Source: a virus (taxonomy: Duplodnaviria > Caudoviricetes). From it: a stretch of 64,000 nt of DNA. The translations under genes were made by a program, and so were the position numbers. Under the pieces are notes generated by a model. That model was given only the letters and a program-made list of their open reading frames with translations, was not told the DNA's origin and searched no databases. Below are positions 38,314 to 47,138 of the stretch, piece after piece (within the stretch, counting starts at the first letter, position 1; each line of letters opens with the position of its first letter). The DNA is taken from IMG/VR virus record IMGVR_UViG_3300038968_000070, positions 59,914 through 123,913 of that record; one strand, given 5' to 3'.

Positions 38314-39636
38314 TCAGCGGGTGGCGAGGACGGTGGCGAGCGAGGCAGCGGCAACGCCGCCGACCGCGAGGCCGATCTTCGTAGAGGTGCGCCGCCAGAA
38401 CGGCAGCGTCGCCTTCTCCCAGGTGTGCTTGTTCACGAGCGAGACGCCGGCGGGGATCGCTTTCAGCGCGCCGGCCGTGAGCACGACGTGCGTGGTGCCG
38501 TCGCCGGGGTGTGGGATGGCGACGCGGTAGCCGCCGAGTGAGCTGTCGTACCAGGCGATGCTCCCCGTCGGGTACTGCGGCGTCGGCGGCGTGACGACGC
38601 TTCCGCCCGTGACGATGCGCGGGTCGAGCGCATGGGCGCCGGGGATCGTCGCGGCGTTGCTGGCGCCGCTTGCGGTCTGCGACTTCCAGCCGGTCGTCGC
38701 CGTGACGGTCGTCGCCGTGACGATCGGCGACGCGGGAAGCGGCTGATCGGGTCGCGGCTCGCACGGCGGCGGCGGCGCCATGTAGCGCGCGCAACCGGCG
38801 AGCGCGACTGCCCACGCCGCAGCGTAGGGGTTGCCGCTCGCAGCGGCGGCGCCGCTCGTGGTGGTCGTCGACCCCGACTTCGGCTTCTCCTCCAAGTCCT
38901 TGTACATGTCGATGGCGACCCGCGCTTGCTGCGCCTTCTCGCCGGTGATCGTCGAGCAGAACTTGTCGAAGCTCCACTCGATACCGCTCGCCGCCGTGCG
39001 CATGACCTTCTCCCACGTGTCCTCGTAACGGACGCGCACGCTGTACTCGACGCGGTTCTCGCCGGGGCGGTAGTAGCCCCAGAGCTGCACCGTCTCGACG
39101 TTGCTCGGGAGCCACGACGGCTTGTACCAGTCGATCGGCTGGTGGCTCGTGAACGCGCCCGTCGCGGGGTCGATCCACAGCATGTAGCCACCGCGGCGCG
39201 CGAAGTTCGCCGCCGTCTCGTTCGGGTCGGGGCGGATCTCGACGTGGACGACGCCGTAGTCGAGCGCGAGCTTGCCCTGCGTCTTCGCCATGACCTGCGC
39301 CATCGTCAGGTCGCGGTATTCCTTCCAGTTCTTGAAGACGTTCTGCGTGTGCATCCGGCTGCGCTCGGCCATGAGCCGCAGGATCGCGCTCGCCGCCGGC
39401 GTCCCGAGCGGCGTGAAGCTCGCCCAATAGCGATTGCCGCCGGGTGCGAGCCACGCCTGCGGCCCGGCGACGTCGGCCCATGGGATGACGACGGCCCAAT
39501 ACTTCTGGCTATCGCTGCATCCGCCCGCGGTCGCCGTGCCCGGCATACACGTCGCGCCGTACTTGAGCAGCCCCGGCTGATCGCGCGGGAGCTGCGGAGG
39601 ACGGAGCGGGTCGACCCGCGGGCACATCTGAGCCAT
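38314..39636 (-). CDS. putative virion membrane protein with C-terminal TM
   Basis: Shares (W/F)YD..YRVA(I/V)P domain with 37576-38301; downstream of GATC-dyad promoter. Confidence 0.75.
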   Translation of the reverse strand: MAQMCPRVDPLRPPQLPRDQPGLLKYGATCMPGTATAGGCSDSQKYWAVVIPWADVAGPQAWLAPGGNRYWASFTPLGTPAASAILRLMAERSRMHTQNVFKNWKEYRDLTMAQVMAKTQGKLALDYGVVHVEIRPDPNETAANFARRGGYMLWIDPATGAFTSHQPIDWYKPSWLPSNVETVQLWGYYRPGENRVEYSVRVRYEDTWEKVMRTAASGIEWSFDKFCSTITGEKAQQARVAIDMYKDLEEKPKSGSTTTTSGAAAASGNPYAAAWAVALAGCARYMAPPPPCEPRPDQPLPASPIVTATTVTATTGWKSQTASGASNAATIPGAHALDPRIVTGGSVVTPPTPQYPTGSIAWYDSSLGGYRVAIPHPGDGTTHVVLTAGALKAIPAGVSLVNKHTWEKATLPFWRRTSTKIGLAVGGVAAASLATVLATR

Positions 39637-39643
39637 GTGGGTC

Positions 39644-39672
39644 ATCCTACTAGTGATCGCGTGACCGATCCA
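39644..39672 (-). promoter_or_regulatory. GATC-dyad promoter
   Basis: TGGATC-17 bp-TAGGAT, ATG 7 nt later. Confidence 0.75.
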
Positions 39673-39698
39673 GGCGGTTCGTGTTAGCGTTCAGGGAG

Positions 39699-40436
39699 AT
39701 GCAGCGCTCCATCTTCCGTTCGCCGTTGTTCTGGGGAGGCGTGGGCATTCTCGCGGCTGGCACCGCCGTCGCGTTCCACCGCAAGCGGGAAGCGTTGCTC
39801 GGACGTGAGAAGGCGGGGCCGGAGCCGTTCTTGGTGCAGAGGAACAACGCGACGATCCCCCCACCGACCCAGGTGACGAAGGCAGGCGGGTACACGGCGC
39901 GGCGGTATACGACCGACCGTTTCTCGATTGACCAACGTCTCCGCTTGATCCAGGAGAACGTGTTCACCGGCATTCAGGACGGACGCATCCGTCATCTCGC
40001 TGGGCAGCTGACGAAGCATTGCGGGCGTGACGACGGCCCGTGTGAGGTGCAAGCGGTGTTCGACGCGGTGCGGAAGCACGTGCGTTACAGTGGAGATGTC
40101 GGCCCGGTGATCGATCCGAAGACGGGCGTCGTCGACGGTGTGGACCTCTATGCGTCACCTCATCGCGTGTGGACGTCGCAGATCGGCGACTGTGACGACC
40201 ACGTCGCGTTGATCGCATCGCTCTTGGCGATCATGGGGCACGAGGTCAGGCTGCGTGTGACGGCGCCATCACGCTTTGGTGAATTCGCCCACATTTACGC
40301 GGCGGTGGGGACCCCGAAGATCGGGCCGAGGAAGTTTCGTGCGGTCGACACGACGTTGCCCTGGCGGAACGCGAACGTCGGTAGCGAGGCGAAGTACGGT
40401 CGCGCGCGGGACTACGTCGTCGAGGTCCCGGCTTAG
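39699..40436 (+). CDS. transglutaminase-like cysteine protease with N-terminal TM
   Basis: VRYSGD, GDCDDH, HIY, VDTT (Cys-His-Asp triad). Confidence 0.85.
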   Translation: MQRSIFRSPLFWGGVGILAAGTAVAFHRKREALLGREKAGPEPFLVQRNNATIPPPTQVTKAGGYTARRYTTDRFSIDQRLRLIQENVFTGIQDGRIRHLAGQLTKHCGRDDGPCEVQAVFDAVRKHVRYSGDVGPVIDPKTGVVDGVDLYASPHRVWTSQIGDCDDHVALIASLLAIMGHEVRLRVTAPSRFGEFAHIYAAVGTPKIGPRKFRAVDTTLPWRNANVGSEAKYGRARDYVVEVPA

Positions 40437-41038
40437 GGTTTGAAGCGGCGTTCACCGCGCAGGTACGCTACAGCTGCGAGTAGCAGCTCCGGGTCGTCGT
40501 TGAAGCGACCGATGCCGGTGTTGCAGTTGTGACAGAGCAAGCCGCGCACCTCGCCGGTTTTATGGTCGTGGTCGAGGGCGATGAGCGTCACACCGAGCCT
40601 GTTCGTTCGTGTCTCGGGCCGACGGCAGATTGCGCAGCGGTCGTCATGCGCCTTGACGAGCCGTGCATGGTCTTCGAGCGTCATCTTGAAGTCACGTAGG
40701 CGCCGCTTCAACGTCGCCGTCCGTTGGCGTACGCGGAAGGTGACGTCTTCGCGCCGCCGTTTCTTACGGGCTTTCGAGACGCGCGCTGCGTCTTTAGGAT
40801 GGCTGCGGTGCCACTCGGCTTGATTGAAATGTCGACAACGCGTGCACCAGCCGTCGACGATTTTGAAACGGCCGGTGCGCTTACACTTCGTACACGTGCA
40901 TCGTGGGCGAATCGTTGGGCTGCGGCCTGCGTACCATTCACGGTAGTACGCCCGCCAGCACGCGCGACACGGTTGCGGTCGCCCGGCGTAGAACGGTCCG
41001 GTGCCGCCGCACTTCTTACAGACGCGCGTTCCACTCAC
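40433..41038 (-). CDS. endonuclease VII-like nuclease
   Basis: CAIC..ALDHDHKTGEVRGLLCHNCNTGIG..D. Confidence 0.9.
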   Translation of the reverse strand: MSGTRVCKKCGGTGPFYAGRPQPCRACWRAYYREWYAGRSPTIRPRCTCTKCKRTGRFKIVDGWCTRCRHFNQAEWHRSHPKDAARVSKARKKRRREDVTFRVRQRTATLKRRLRDFKMTLEDHARLVKAHDDRCAICRRPETRTNRLGVTLIALDHDHKTGEVRGLLCHNCNTGIGRFNDDPELLLAAVAYLRGERRFKP

Positions 41039-41090
41039 AACCGCCTGAGTTTACGTTGACCCTCCGACAGATCCTCCGTACCTTGGTCAT

Positions 41091-41435
41091 ATGGCTCGTC
41101 GTCGAAAGCGTCTCGGTGCTACCAAGCGCGTGCACCACCACATGGCTGAAGATCACATGACGAAGGCACGCAGCGCGATCAACAAGGCCGTCGCTGCGCT
41201 TCGACGTGGGAGCTGCCACGGCGCGCACTTGCACCTCGCGGAAGCGCACGAGGAGATCGGCGCGAGCCACGCGCACGGGCGCAGCCATGGCCAGACCGCA
41301 TGGCTCCCGCAGCGTGCGCTCATGGACGTCAACGGCAAGTTCAACGACCTCTGCATCGTCCCCGACAAGGTCGACGTCGGTGCGAACTGGTCGCCCGCGC
41401 TCGCGCGAGCCCGTCGGAAGCGGCGCCGGCGCTGA
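41091..41435 (+). CDS. small basic protein (GxC family, Arg tail)
   Basis: RRGSCHGA; ARRKRRRR. Confidence 0.7.
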   Translation: MARRRKRLGATKRVHHHMAEDHMTKARSAINKAVAALRRGSCHGAHLHLAEAHEEIGASHAHGRSHGQTAWLPQRALMDVNGKFNDLCIVPDKVDVGANWSPALARARRKRRRR

Positions 41436-41439
41436 CGCC

Positions 41440-42042
41440 ATGCGGGGCGTCCGTCCATATACGCCCGCCGCGTTCCGCGAGCGTCTCGACGAAGCGGCCG
41501 AGGACCCTGCACGCTTCCGTGCGACCGCAGAGCGGCTTCAAGCCGTTGCCGATGCCCTTGCACAGCAAGGCCGTGGCTGGAACGGCACGCGGAAGGTCTT
41601 CATCGCCGACGTCGCCAAGGCGCTGGGGACGAAGCCCGAGCGCATCGCCGGGCCGCTCTTGATCGCCAACAACAAGGGTTGGGTCGAGCTGGTGCGCGCC
41701 GATCTCGTCGGCGCGATGGACACGGACAAGGTCGTCGCCAGCGAGGTCGAGTCGCCAAGCGGCGTCGCGTCGTATCACTTCGTGGTCGCGAAGAGCGGTG
41801 CGTTGCGTGGTACCGTGAGGGGAACCGCGATGAAGTGCGTCAAGGTCAAGGCACCGCTGTCGACGTTCGACAAGCGAAGCATCCGCACGGTCACGCACAA
41901 GAGCGGCGCGCGCGTCCTCGTCGGTTGTCCGAAGGGGAAGTGGATGCCGCGGAAGCAGCGCTGTCGCGTCGCGATGCGCGCGTACGAGACGATCACGCCC
42001 GGCCGCTGCAAGCGCGGGTCGGGCGGGAAGACGAAACGATGA
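41440..42042 (+). CDS. two-domain basic protein
   Basis: Domains separated by GALRG; VGCPKGKW. Confidence 0.65.
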   Translation: MRGVRPYTPAAFRERLDEAAEDPARFRATAERLQAVADALAQQGRGWNGTRKVFIADVAKALGTKPERIAGPLLIANNKGWVELVRADLVGAMDTDKVVASEVESPSGVASYHFVVAKSGALRGTVRGTAMKCVKVKAPLSTFDKRSIRTVTHKSGARVLVGCPKGKWMPRKQRCRVAMRAYETITPGRCKRGSGGKTKR

Positions 42043-42407
42043 AGTGCTCCTGCGGCCACATCCTCCCCGACCCGGTGATCGCCTGCGACGGCGCCGCGAC
42101 GCCGCCGCTCGTCTGCGCGCGCTGCGCCGCCGTGCAGACGTTCACCACGCCCGGCGACGACATCCTCTTGACGCAGTTCGTGACGGCGCCCGACGCTCAG
42201 AACATGGCCAACAACGTCCAGAAGCCCTTCGGCGATCGCTCTCCCTGCCCGGTCTGCGACGAGATGATGCCGTCGCCGGTGATCAACGACGGCAAGCCGA
42301 CGACGACGTCTTGCGGCAACTGCGGGACGCGGCGTACGATTCAGGTGTCGGATCCTGGTGACGAGGCGTCGAAGCCCGTACCGCCCGACGGCAAGCTCTG
42401 GAACTGA
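42039..42407 (+). CDS. duplicated Zn-ribbon protein
   Basis: Two C..C..PxPVI..CxxC units. Confidence 0.65.
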   Translation: MKCSCGHILPDPVIACDGAATPPLVCARCAAVQTFTTPGDDILLTQFVTAPDAQNMANNVQKPFGDRSPCPVCDEMMPSPVINDGKPTTTSCGNCGTRRTIQVSDPGDEASKPVPPDGKLWN

Positions 42408-42883
42408 TGACCCCCCTCGCCGATCTCCGCCGCGCCGTGCTCGACCTGGACAACGTCCCGGCCGGCACGCCCGTCGTGCTCCAAGCGAGCTACGGCGAAC
42501 GGCCGAGCCTCACCTACGACGCGCCGAACGGCGTCGTGCGGTTGAACATCGGCGGCGGTCAGCCACAGGGGCGGCCGACGATGGGTCAGCTGCGCGCGTG
42601 GCTCGGGCTGCCGCCCGCCGGCGGCAGCGGCGGCAACCTCGCCGGCTTCTGGGACAGCGCGCGGCTGCGCGAGCCGTCGACGTGGCGTGGCATCGCGACG
42701 TTCGCGAGCGCGGCCGTCAGCGGCTACCACGGTGTGAAGCGCAACGGCGGGAGCGTCTTCTGGGGTGCGTGGTGGTTCGCGTGGGGCGCGGCGTTGCCGG
42801 GCCTCGCGCCGCTCGTCGCCGTGGCGCAGGGCTACGGCGACTGCGCCAACAATTGCCGGCGTGCGCCGACGGAGAAGCGGTGA
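42407..42883 (+). CDS. membrane protein (YHGxKR family)
   Basis: GYHGVKRNGGSVFWG..AQG. Confidence 0.7.
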   Translation: MTPLADLRRAVLDLDNVPAGTPVVLQASYGERPSLTYDAPNGVVRLNIGGGQPQGRPTMGQLRAWLGLPPAGGSGGNLAGFWDSARLREPSTWRGIATFASAAVSGYHGVKRNGGSVFWGAWWFAWGAALPGLAPLVAVAQGYGDCANNCRRAPTEKR

Positions 42884-42887
42884 TCTG

Positions 42888-43154
42888 ATGGCGAAGTCGA
42901 AGCTCAACCCTCGTGCGTATCGCCTGTCGTTCGGCGGGACGCGCGCCAAGAAGTACGCACCGACGAAGCGCGAGGCGTACAAGGATGCGCGCTACTGGAT
43001 CGCCTTCGGTCAGATGAAGGTCTGCGTCGAGAAGCGGCTTCCGTCGGGCGATTACAAGCAGGTCGGCTGTGTCCGTCGGAAGAAAACGCGACCGTTCTCG
43101 ATTCGGTCCCGCGCGACAGACGCGATCGAACGCAACATGAACGCGCGCTGGTGA
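42888..43154 (+). CDS. small basic protein
   Basis: MAKSKLNP start; K/R-rich. Confidence 0.6.
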   Translation: MAKSKLNPRAYRLSFGGTRAKKYAPTKREAYKDARYWIAFGQMKVCVEKRLPSGDYKQVGCVRRKKTRPFSIRSRATDAIERNMNARW

Positions 43155-43167
43155 TACACTCACCGTC

Positions 43168-43434
43168 ATGGCCAAGCTCAACCCCGACGCCTCCGCCGCC
43201 ATCTCCGCCGCTCGCGCCGGCCGCTGCCGCGACGCGATGAAGCACCTCTACGACGCCTCGCCGCACGTGCAAGGGCGCGGCTGCGACAGCATGACGTCGG
43301 CGGAAGCCAACGCCTATCGGCAAGCCAACCTCGTCGTCGCGGGGCTGTGCACCGTGCAGACGAAGCCGAAGCACTACAAGTCGACCGGCTTCGACGGCGC
43401 GCGCCGCCGGCGGCGCCGCACGCGCCGCCGGTGA
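43168..43434 (+). CDS. small basic protein (GxC family, Arg tail)
   Basis: RAGRCRDA; FDGARRRRRR. Confidence 0.7.
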   Translation: MAKLNPDASAAISAARAGRCRDAMKHLYDASPHVQGRGCDSMTSAEANAYRQANLVVAGLCTVQTKPKHYKSTGFDGARRRRRRTRRR

Positions 43435-43470
43435 CACGCCGGGCGCGTCGGTGATACGCTCACCGTCACC

Positions 43471-43725
43471 ATGAACCTCGGCTACCACACCTGGAACCAG
43501 GAAACCCGCCTCGCCGGCCTCGGCTCGCCCGTCGGCACTGCGTGGTCGCTCCTCAGCCTCGCGTCGTTCGCCGCCAGCGCCTACCACGGCAGCAAGCGGC
43601 ACGGCGGCAGCATCGGCTACGGCATCCTCTGGGGCGTCCTCGGCGGCGTGTTCCCGGTGCTGACGCCGGCGATCGCGGCGGGCCAGGGCTTCGCGCAGTG
43701 CAAGTACAACTGCCGGGGGCGGTGA
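43471..43725 (+). CDS. membrane protein (YHGxKR family)
   Basis: LAGLG; AYHGSKRHGGSIGYG..GQG. Confidence 0.7.
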   Translation: MNLGYHTWNQETRLAGLGSPVGTAWSLLSLASFAASAYHGSKRHGGSIGYGILWGVLGGVFPVLTPAIAAGQGFAQCKYNCRGR

Positions 43726-43732
43726 TCACGTC

Positions 43733-44044
43733 ATGAAGACCGAGTGCCGGCTCCCGGCGTACTCCGACGATCCGCTCACGCTCACCGGCTGCGCGACCGC
43801 GAAGGGCGTCACGCTCTGCGTCGGCGATCGCGTGCATCGTAAGCTGAAGGGCTGGACGCACCGTCAGGGTGAGGTCATCGCGCTCGCGATGGGGCGGGAC
43901 AACAACGGTCGTCCGAAGCAAGCCGCGCGCGTTTGCTTCGACACCGACGAGCCCGGCGACCTCGCCTACTCGTACTTGTTCGAGGAGCTGGCGCCGGTCA
44001 AGAAGCGCGCGTTGAAGGGCGCGCGTAGGCGGCGCCGTCGGTGA
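43733..44044 (+). CDS. small SH3-like protein with Arg tail
   Basis: VGDRV..GEV..VCFD; LKGARRRRRR. Confidence 0.65.
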   Translation: MKTECRLPAYSDDPLTLTGCATAKGVTLCVGDRVHRKLKGWTHRQGEVIALAMGRDNNGRPKQAARVCFDTDEPGDLAYSYLFEELAPVKKRALKGARRRRRR

Positions 44045-44511
44045 CGATCTCCCCCGAAGAGCTTGCCTGGCGGCGTGACTTCAGCGCCGACCGTAGCGCG
44101 AGTGACCTCGTCCGCGAGATGTCACGGCTGCGCAGCAAGCAGCCGCGGCCGCTTCTCAAGCTCTACCGGAACCCGACGCCCGAGCAGCGCGCGGCCTGGG
44201 ACGCCGTCAACAAGCAGTACAACCGGATGATGAGTCACTTGCGCAAGGTGCACAAGATCGCGCTCGCGCGCGACAACGCGCGCTTTCGTAGCGGTGGCGT
44301 CGGGCGTACGCGTCGCCGCGAGTTGATCCCCGGTGGCCTCGCTCCGCGCGGGCGGTGTCCGCGCGACGTTCTCAAGAGCGAGCTGCGCAAGGGCATCAAG
44401 GTCGAGATGGAGCACACGCGCTCGCGCCGCGTCGCACGCGAGATCGCCTGCGACCATCTCACTGAGGATCGACGCTACTACACGAATCTGGCGCGGATCC
44501 ATCGCGAGTGA
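44041..44511 (+). CDS. DUF5661-like protein
   Basis: LRKGIKVEMEHT..AREIACDHLTE..YY. Confidence 0.7.
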   Translation: MTISPEELAWRRDFSADRSASDLVREMSRLRSKQPRPLLKLYRNPTPEQRAAWDAVNKQYNRMMSHLRKVHKIALARDNARFRSGGVGRTRRRELIPGGLAPRGRCPRDVLKSELRKGIKVEMEHTRSRRVAREIACDHLTEDRRYYTNLARIHRE

Positions 44512-45040
44512 CGTCCCGTCGCTGTTGCTCCGCCCGCGCCGCCGTCACGACGTTCATGAACGCGTCGTAGTCCTCACCGGGCTCCCACAACCGTTGCGTC
44601 GAGACCGCAGCGACGGCGACGGTGTCTTGAAGATCGCGGTCACGGATGCGCCACTGACCGCACGCGCGCTTGGCGACGTAGAGGTGTTGCAGCTGTTCGT
44701 CGGTGACGTTCACGTCGTTCTCCCGGGTGATGATGCCGATGACGCGCGCTGCGCCCGTCCACGTCGTGAACCCGCCGGAGACTTCGTACGCGCGCTTGAC
44801 GCGAACGTCACGCAGCTGCGTGGCGCGGAGCCAGAAGCGAATCGGGCGGGAGCCGATCGATAGCCCGTAGACCTCGACCCGATCGTTGTCGGCGAGCTGT
44901 GTGAGGTTGGTGATGATGACGCGGGCGCCGTGGCGTAGCTTGCTTACGCCCGGCTCAGCGACGTTCGCGACGATCTGCCAGGGCAGGTCGTAGTCACGCA
45001 CCACGACGGATCTTCCACTCGCGCGGACAACCCTGTCCAC
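44459..45040 (-). CDS. family 1 paralog
   Basis: DRDLQDTV; FMNVVTAARAEQQRR. Confidence 0.65.
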   Translation of the reverse strand: MDRVVRASGRSVVVRDYDLPWQIVANVAEPGVSKLRHGARVIITNLTQLADNDRVEVYGLSIGSRPIRFWLRATQLRDVRVKRAYEVSGGFTTWTGAARVIGIITRENDVNVTDEQLQHLYVAKRACGQWRIRDRDLQDTVAVAAVSTQRLWEPGEDYDAFMNVVTAARAEQQRRDVTRDGSAPDSCSSVDPQ

Positions 45041-45203
45041 TCTCGCGTAGCTTCTTGCGCGCGCGATACGCGCGGTCGCGCTTCGAGCACGTCGTGCACG
45101 TGAACGGCGTGCGAACGCCGCCGCAACGTCGGCACTTCCCGACGGAGAATCCGCGTGCGCGAAGTCGCGCAGCCGCGGCGGCACGTGCGCGTAGTCGGGT
45201 CAC
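44994..45203 (-). CDS. small Zn-finger protein
   Basis: CRRC..CTTC; GTGA overlap. Confidence 0.45.
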   Translation of the reverse strand: MTRLRARAAAAARLRARGFSVGKCRRCGGVRTPFTCTTCSKRDRAYRARKKLRESGQGCPREWKIRRGA

Positions 45204-45391
45204 TGCGTCGCTCGCTTGATGAACGCGTCGACGTCCACACGGCGGAATCGTAGCGACGTGCGCGTCGAGTCGCCGGCGCTGAAGCGCGTGCACTTGAGCC
45301 GTTTCTTCGCGACGAGTCGATGTACCGTTTTCGGCGCGACGCGGAGGATCGCAGCGACCTCCTCGACCGTGAGCAGCGCTTCGTTAGGCAT
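45200..45391 (-). CDS. excisionase-like HTH DNA-binding protein
   Basis: LLTVEEVAAILRVAPKTVHRL..LRFRRVDV. Confidence 0.85.
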   Translation of the reverse strand: MPNEALLTVEEVAAILRVAPKTVHRLVAKKRLKCTRFSAGDSTRTSLRFRRVDVDAFIKRATQ

Positions 45392-45481
45392 CTCGAACAC
45401 CGATCTATCACGGTGCTTTGTGGACATCAACAGACAACAGGGAGCTTTAGCACCTATGCCATTGGAATCACACAAGAACCG

Positions 45482-45510
45482 TTGATCGGTCACGCGATCC
45501 CGCGTACTCT
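45482..45510 (+). promoter_or_regulatory. GATC-dyad promoter of structural operon
   Basis: TTGATC-17 bp-TACTCT; GATCGGTCACGCGATC. Confidence 0.8.
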
Positions 45511-45521
45511 CATCGTCAACC

Positions 45522-46187
45522 ATGGCGAAGCACGGCCCCGAGGCTCACTACATCTCGCCCTACGTGACGTACGTGACCAGCCAACGCCAGCCGTCCGTCG
45601 GCGCCGGCTTCAACCCGGTGAACGACACGGCCGCGATCGCCGCGCGCTTCGTCGCCCCGACCGGGCTCGCCGGCCCCGTCGGCAGCATCGAGCTGATGGG
45701 TCGTGGCTGGCGCGGTCGTCGCCGGCTGCGGCTCCTCGGCGCCGCCGACGCGGCCCCGCCGTCGGACCTGCGTCTGCGCTGGATCAACTTCTGGGCGCGC
45801 GTCCGCGCCAATCTGGCGGCGAGCAAGCTCGCGCGGCAGATGCGCCGCAACGACGCGCCGACGGTCGTCACCGTCGACACGTCACCGCGCGGCCCCGCCC
45901 CGAGCGCGACCGCGCTGCCGGTCAAGAGCGGCTGGTCGCCGTCGCCGCAGAGCGCCGCCACGGCCGCGATCAGCGACGTCGGCTTCACGCCCGGCCAGGG
46001 CGACCCGCCCAACATGGGCCCGGTCGTCACCGCCGTGCAGATGGACCCGCGCGGCGCCGCGTTCCCGGCCAACTTCTGGGACCGCGTGATCCGTCAGGGC
46101 TACCCGCCCGTCGTCGCCGCGCGCGCGCAGGAGGACGTCCTCACCAAGTGGTTCGGCGTCAAGTCGCCGACCAACGGGGGTTGGTGA
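45522..46187 (+). CDS. putative virion protein
   Basis: First gene of capsid operon; GLAG, LMG, LLGA. Confidence 0.7.
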   Translation: MAKHGPEAHYISPYVTYVTSQRQPSVGAGFNPVNDTAAIAARFVAPTGLAGPVGSIELMGRGWRGRRRLRLLGAADAAPPSDLRLRWINFWARVRANLAASKLARQMRRNDAPTVVTVDTSPRGPAPSATALPVKSGWSPSPQSAATAAISDVGFTPGQGDPPNMGPVVTAVQMDPRGAAFPANFWDRVIRQGYPPVVAARAQEDVLTKWFGVKSPTNGGW

Positions 46188-46390
46188 TGGCGTCAGCGAT
46201 CACCCTCGACGGTCCGTCGCCGCGGCGTGAGCGGCGCGCGCGTGGTGGCGGCCTCGGCGCCGTCGACAACGACGGCTGTCGGTGCAGCGTCCGCCCGAAC
46301 CCGAAGACGGGCAAGCGCATCCGGCTGTGCCCGGTGCCCAAGACGAAGTCGCACCGCTCCGGCTGGAAGATCGTCGGCAGCTGTCCCTGA
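46187..46390 (+). CDS. small basic Cys-rich protein
   Basis: TGATG coupling; GGLGA. Confidence 0.65.
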   Translation: MASAITLDGPSPRRERRARGGGLGAVDNDGCRCSVRPNPKTGKRIRLCPVPKTKSHRSGWKIVGSCP

Positions 46391-46392
46391 CG

Positions 46393-46408
46393 GATCGGGT
46401 GACCGATC
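46393..46408. promoter_or_regulatory. GATC-dyad box
   Basis: GATCGGGTGACCGATC, intergenic. Confidence 0.7.
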
Positions 46409-46464
46409 CTGAGCTTCAACGGCGAAAGCCACTTCCCGAACCAACCTCGAAGGAGATCACGATC

Positions 46465-47028
46465 ATGAGCGGAACCAACCTCGCCGGCGACCTCGGCGAC
46501 TACATGCCCCGGGGCCTGATGGAGTGGGCGCCGGTCATCGGCGCCGGCGCCGCGTCGAGCGGATCCGTGCTCGCGCGCATGTTCGGCGGCGCGTCCTGGG
46601 CCGGGCGCAACCCCGACCTGGCGGGCTGGCTCCTGTCGCTGGCGGCCGCCGGCGGCGTCGCCTACTTCGAGAGCAAGTCGGCCGGCATGATGGTCGCGCT
46701 CGGCGGCACCGCCGTCGCGCTGCCGAAGATCCTGGAGCGCCTCGCGTCGGGCGCCGGGCTCCTCGGCTACTACGCGGCCGAGACCGCCAACCCGCTGCTC
46801 GCCGGTGGGGTGGGCATGGTCCGCGCCGATCAGATCAACGGCCTCGGCTACGCGACCGCGTCGCAGCAGCCGCACGCCTACGGCACCGTCCCCGGCGTCG
46901 CCGGCTCGGGCGCCTTCGCGGGCCCGATGGCCGACAACGGTGGCGGCGCGCCGGTGAACCTCCTCGGCCCGCCGTCGAACCACATGTCGCTCGCCAAGCA
47001 CTACGGCGCGACGCACATGGGCGGCTGA
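46465..47028 (+). CDS. Gly-rich multi-TM virion membrane protein
   Basis: AAGGAG RBS; hydrophobic segments; directly upstream of capsid candidate. Confidence 0.75.
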   Translation: MSGTNLAGDLGDYMPRGLMEWAPVIGAGAASSGSVLARMFGGASWAGRNPDLAGWLLSLAAAGGVAYFESKSAGMMVALGGTAVALPKILERLASGAGLLGYYAAETANPLLAGGVGMVRADQINGLGYATASQQPHAYGTVPGVAGSGAFAGPMADNGGGAPVNLLGPPSNHMSLAKHYGATHMGG

Positions 47029-47051
47029 GCCGCTTCGGCTCGATCGCCTGT

Positions 47052-47067
47052 GATCGCGTGACCGATC
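47052..47067. promoter_or_regulatory. GATC-dyad box
   Basis: GATCGCGTGACCGATC, intergenic. Confidence 0.7.
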
Positions 47068-47138
47068 ACTGAACACGAACCTCAGCCGCCGGGTCGGCGG
47101 CCGTCAACGAAACCCCGCAACTCTCAGGAGAACACATC

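Noticed and set aside
16646-45040. Diversity-generating retroelement behind the paralog families
   Set aside because: No reverse transcriptase and no near-identical template/variable repeat pair seen
45200-45391. Excisionase implying an integrated prophage
   Set aside because: No integrase or host genes in the window; the HTH may simply be a regulator
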